A DNA stretch of 36,157 nt from Nocardioidaceae bacterium. Its GTDB lineage: Bacteria; Actinomycetota; Actinomycetes; Propionibacteriales; Nocardioidaceae. Location of the stretch: assembly GCA_035262905.1 (NCBI GenBank), contig DATFRX010000404.1, forward strand, positions 1 to 36,157, read 5' to 3'. Below are positions 33,941 through 36,157 of this stretch, piece by piece. Made by a program: the position numbers and the translations under genes. The notes under the pieces were generated by a model, which was not told the origin of the DNA, searched no databases, and worked only from the letters and a program-made list of their open reading frames with translations. Each line of letters opens with the position of its first letter. Position 1 is the first letter of the stretch.

Positions 33941-34963
33941 GTGTTGGGGAACTGGTCATTTCGAGGTAGGCGCCGGGTCGCGAGTCACGACGTCGCGCGG
34001 CAACGGCTGGCCCGGCTGGGTGCCGGTCCGGAGCCGGCTGGGTCGGGGACGGCTGAGCCGGAGGCGGAGGCTGCTGAGGCGGAGGCGGAGGCGGAGTCTG
34101 CGACAGAGCCGAAGACGCCTGAGCCGGAGCCGACGGAGCTGTTACGGCCCGCGGTCGGCCTACCGCCAGCCGTCGGCCCTGGCCGGCATGCCGCGCGCCC
34201 GCTAAGCCGTCGGGCCCGGATCTGCGGAGCGCTCTCGGATCGGCTGTCGCCGACGATGCGGAGCGCGATGGACGGGACCTTCTCGGGGCACCATCTCGGC
34301 GTCCTCGCCGTCGTGCTCGCCACCGGGATCGCGATCACCGCCTGGTGGGTGCTCTCCGGACGTCCTGAGCAGCAGTCGGTGCCGACCGTCTCCTTCGGCT
34401 CGGCGTCGGCTGCGCCGTCGGTGACATCGGAGACGCCGGCGCCGTCGGACACCCCGACCGACTCGGACAGCTCGGGATCGGTGTCGACCGCGTCTCCGAC
34501 CGCGTCGGTCACCGGGGCTACTGCCGTGGGCGAGGAACTGATCGTCGACGTGGCAGGCAAGGTGCGACGGCCTGGCATCGTGACGCTGCCGCCGGGCTCG
34601 CGGGTGTTCGATGCACTCAAAGCCGCCGGCGGCGCCCGGCCCGGCGTCGACCTGACCTCGCTCAACCTGGCCCGAGTGCTCGTCGACGGCGAGCAGTTGC
34701 TGGTCGGACTAACACCGGTGGTCGTGCCGCCGTCGCTTGGGTCCACAGCCAGCGCCGGCCCGTTGGCGACCGGAATGGTCAACCTCAACACCGCCGACCA
34801 GATGACCCTGGAGACTCTGCCCGGCGTCGGACCGGTGACAGCGCAGGCGATCTTGGACTGGCGGGCCGACAACGGCGCGTTCACCAGCGTCGACGAGTTG
34901 CTCGAGGTCGACGGCATCGGTGAGGTGACCCTGGACGAGTTGCGTGACCTGGTGACCGTGTGA
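33941..34963 (+). CDS. comEA: ComEA-family DNA-binding protein (membrane anchor + SLBB + helix-hairpin-helix)
   Basis: TM segment LGVLAVVLATGIAITAWWVL. SLBB-like: VDVAGKVRRPGIVTLPPGSRVFDALKAAGG. HhH: VNLNTADQMTLETLPGVGPVTAQAILDWR...VDGIGEVTL. The start is uncertain: GTG at 33941 or a downstream codon such as the ATG near 34258. Confidence 0.8.
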   Translation: MLGNWSFRGRRRVASHDVARQRLARLGAGPEPAGSGTAEPEAEAAEAEAEAESATEPKTPEPEPTELLRPAVGLPPAVGPGRHAARPLSRRARICGALSDRLSPTMRSAMDGTFSGHHLGVLAVVLATGIAITAWWVLSGRPEQQSVPTVSFGSASAAPSVTSETPAPSDTPTDSDSSGSVSTASPTASVTGATAVGEELIVDVAGKVRRPGIVTLPPGSRVFDALKAAGGARPGVDLTSLNLARVLVDGEQLLVGLTPVVVPPSLGSTASAGPLATGMVNLNTADQMTLETLPGVGPVTAQAILDWRADNGAFTSVDELLEVDGIGEVTLDELRDLVTV

Positions 34964-36157
34964 GGCCGGGCGCCACGGCATCGACGGTCTCGGCGGCACT
35001 GCGAGCTCGGGTCGCCGCGATTCGACGGGCGGGGGACCGCAGCGATCCGGCTGCAGTCGGGGACGCGGACCCGGCCACATCGGACCGCGCGGCGTCAGAC
35101 TCGGCTCGCACGGTCCCAGACGCTCGGCTCGCTGCTCCGGCGCTGGCCGCCTGGATCGCGGCCGCCGTGACCCTGGGGATGAGTCCGACCCGGGCGATGG
35201 CGGCGGGCGCGATCCTGCTTGTCGGCGGGCTCGTTGTGCTGCGGCGATACGGTCTGCGACTCGGCGCCATCACACTGGCGGCGGCCGCCGCGTGTCTCGC
35301 GGCCGGTCTGCGCCTGACGGCCGCCGATGCCGGACCGGTTCCGGAGCTTGCCGACGAGGGTGCCGTCGTCTACGCGACGCTGACGGTCACGTCCGATCCG
35401 GCAATCCGAGACGGACCCTACGGAGAGTTCGTCGTCGCCGAGGCGCGCATCACCGAGGTGACCGGGCGGGGCGTGACGACTGAGGTGCGTTCGCCGGTGC
35501 TGCTGTTCGGCGACGGCGAGTGGCGCGACGTACCTCTCGGCGCGTCAGTACGCGCGGTCGGTCGACTGGGCGCCTCTGACGACGCGCGTCACGCCGCTGT
35601 CTTCCTGCCGAGCCGAATCGTCGACATCGTCGGTGAGCCGGCCTGGTGGTGGCGGCTGTCCGAACGATTACGCGCCGGTGTCGCCGAAGGAGTTGCGCCG
35701 GCGCCACCGGACGAGCGGGCGCTCGTGCCCGCCCTGGTCGACGGCGACGACAGCGAGCTCGACCAGCAGCTTGCCGAGGACTTCCGGACGACCGGCCTGA
35801 CCCACCTGCTCGCCGTGTCCGGTACGAACCTGACCCTGGTGGTCGGCTTCCTGCTGCTGCTGGCGCGTTGGGCCGGAGTGCGCGGACGCTGGATGTACCT
35901 CGTCGGATCGATCGGCATCGGCGGCTTCGTCCTGCTGGCCCGCACCGAGCCGAGCGTGCTGCGCGCCGCCGTGATGGGCAGCGTCGCGCTGTTCGGGATG
36001 GGGTTCAACGGTCGGCAGCGAGGCACCCGAAGTCTTGGCGTCGCCGTGCTGGCGCTACTCCTGGTCGATCCGGGCCTCGCCGCCTCGGTCGGGTTCGCGC
36101 TGTCGGTGCTCGCAACCGCTGGCATCCTGCTGCTCGCGCCGGGCTTGCGGGACGCCA
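34960..36157 (+). CDS. comEC: ComEC/Rec2-family competence channel protein, 3-prime end cut by the window edge
   Basis: I translated this frame by hand because it is absent from the ORF track (no stop within the window). GTG at 34960 overlaps the comEA stop. Motifs: FRTTGLTHLLAVSGTNLTLVVGFLLLLARW...EPSVLRAAVMGSVALFG...GFALSVLATAGILL. Confidence 0.8.
   Translation, partial: MRPGATASTVSAALRARVAAIRRAGDRSDPAAVGDADPATSDRAASDSARTVPDARLAAPALAAWIAAAVTLGMSPTRAMAAGAILLVGGLVVLRRYGLRLGAITLAAAAACLAAGLRLTAADAGPVPELADEGAVVYATLTVTSDPAIRDGPYGEFVVAEARITEVTGRGVTTEVRSPVLLFGDGEWRDVPLGASVRAVGRLGASDDARHAAVFLPSRIVDIVGEPAWWWRLSERLRAGVAEGVAPAPPDERALVPALVDGDDSELDQQLAEDFRTTGLTHLLAVSGTNLTLVVGFLLLLARWAGVRGRWMYLVGSIGIGGFVLLARTEPSVLRAAVMGSVALFGMGFNGRQRGTRSLGVAVLALLLVDPGLAASVGFALSVLATAGILLLAPGLRDA

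Noticed and set aside
34040-34135. Tandem GAGGCG/GAGCCG-type repeats encoding EAEAAEAEAEAE...PEPEP in the comEA N-terminal region.
   Set aside because: This is a low-complexity acidic linker typical of actinobacterial ComEA tails. It is not a CRISPR array, VNTR locus or mobile-element repeat. It may even be non-coding if the downstream start is used.
1-36157. Search for defence systems, prophage or integrative elements, toxin-antitoxin pairs, CRISPR arrays and RNA genes.
   Set aside because: I saw no nuclease/helicase/ATPase defence-type domain combinations, no integrase, transposase or recombinase motifs, no regularly spaced repeats, and no tRNA-like or rRNA-like segments on either strand.

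Overview
High-GC (about 70%) Actinomycetota-type DNA. The taxon is a guess from composition and protein similarity. I support 27 coding regions, all on the + strand. The long minus-strand ORFs look like GC-driven artefacts. I found no rRNA, tRNA, CRISPR array, transposase or integrase. The window splits into four blocks. (1) 2-3043 and 13263-22549 hold three paralogous exported giant proteins (ThuA-like domain + PQQ/sGDH-type beta-propeller + PKD + variable C-terminal module). Two Tat-signal xylose-isomerase-like TIM-barrel proteins sit beside them. (2) 3168-12841 is a tightly coupled nine-gene operon. It combines a secreted glucoamylase/DUF3131-like protein with an actinobacterial ebo-type cluster: inositol-3-phosphate-synthase homolog, UbiA prenyltransferase, TIM barrel, EboA, TatD-like EboB, EboE, alkaline-phosphatase-family EboF and a polyprenyl synthase. 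The ebo family has no defined chemical product, so this is the best candidate for an undescribed system. (3) 22802-31280 is a ROK regulator + CUT2 sugar ABC transporter + Gfo/Idh/MocA oxidoreductase + xylA + TIM-barrel locus. (4) 31359-36157 holds an orphan ATP-grasp ligase-like gene, then the conserved degV-comEA-comEC core. Non-coding signals include a roughly 300 bp AT-rich promoter/leader module present twice (12871-13181 and 17376-17670). The first copy carries a decayed 5-prime gene remnant. There are also several strong GC hairpins. In-frame TTA codons appear only in degV, comEA and comEC. All coordinates, motifs and alignments were derived by eye, and no database search was possible.
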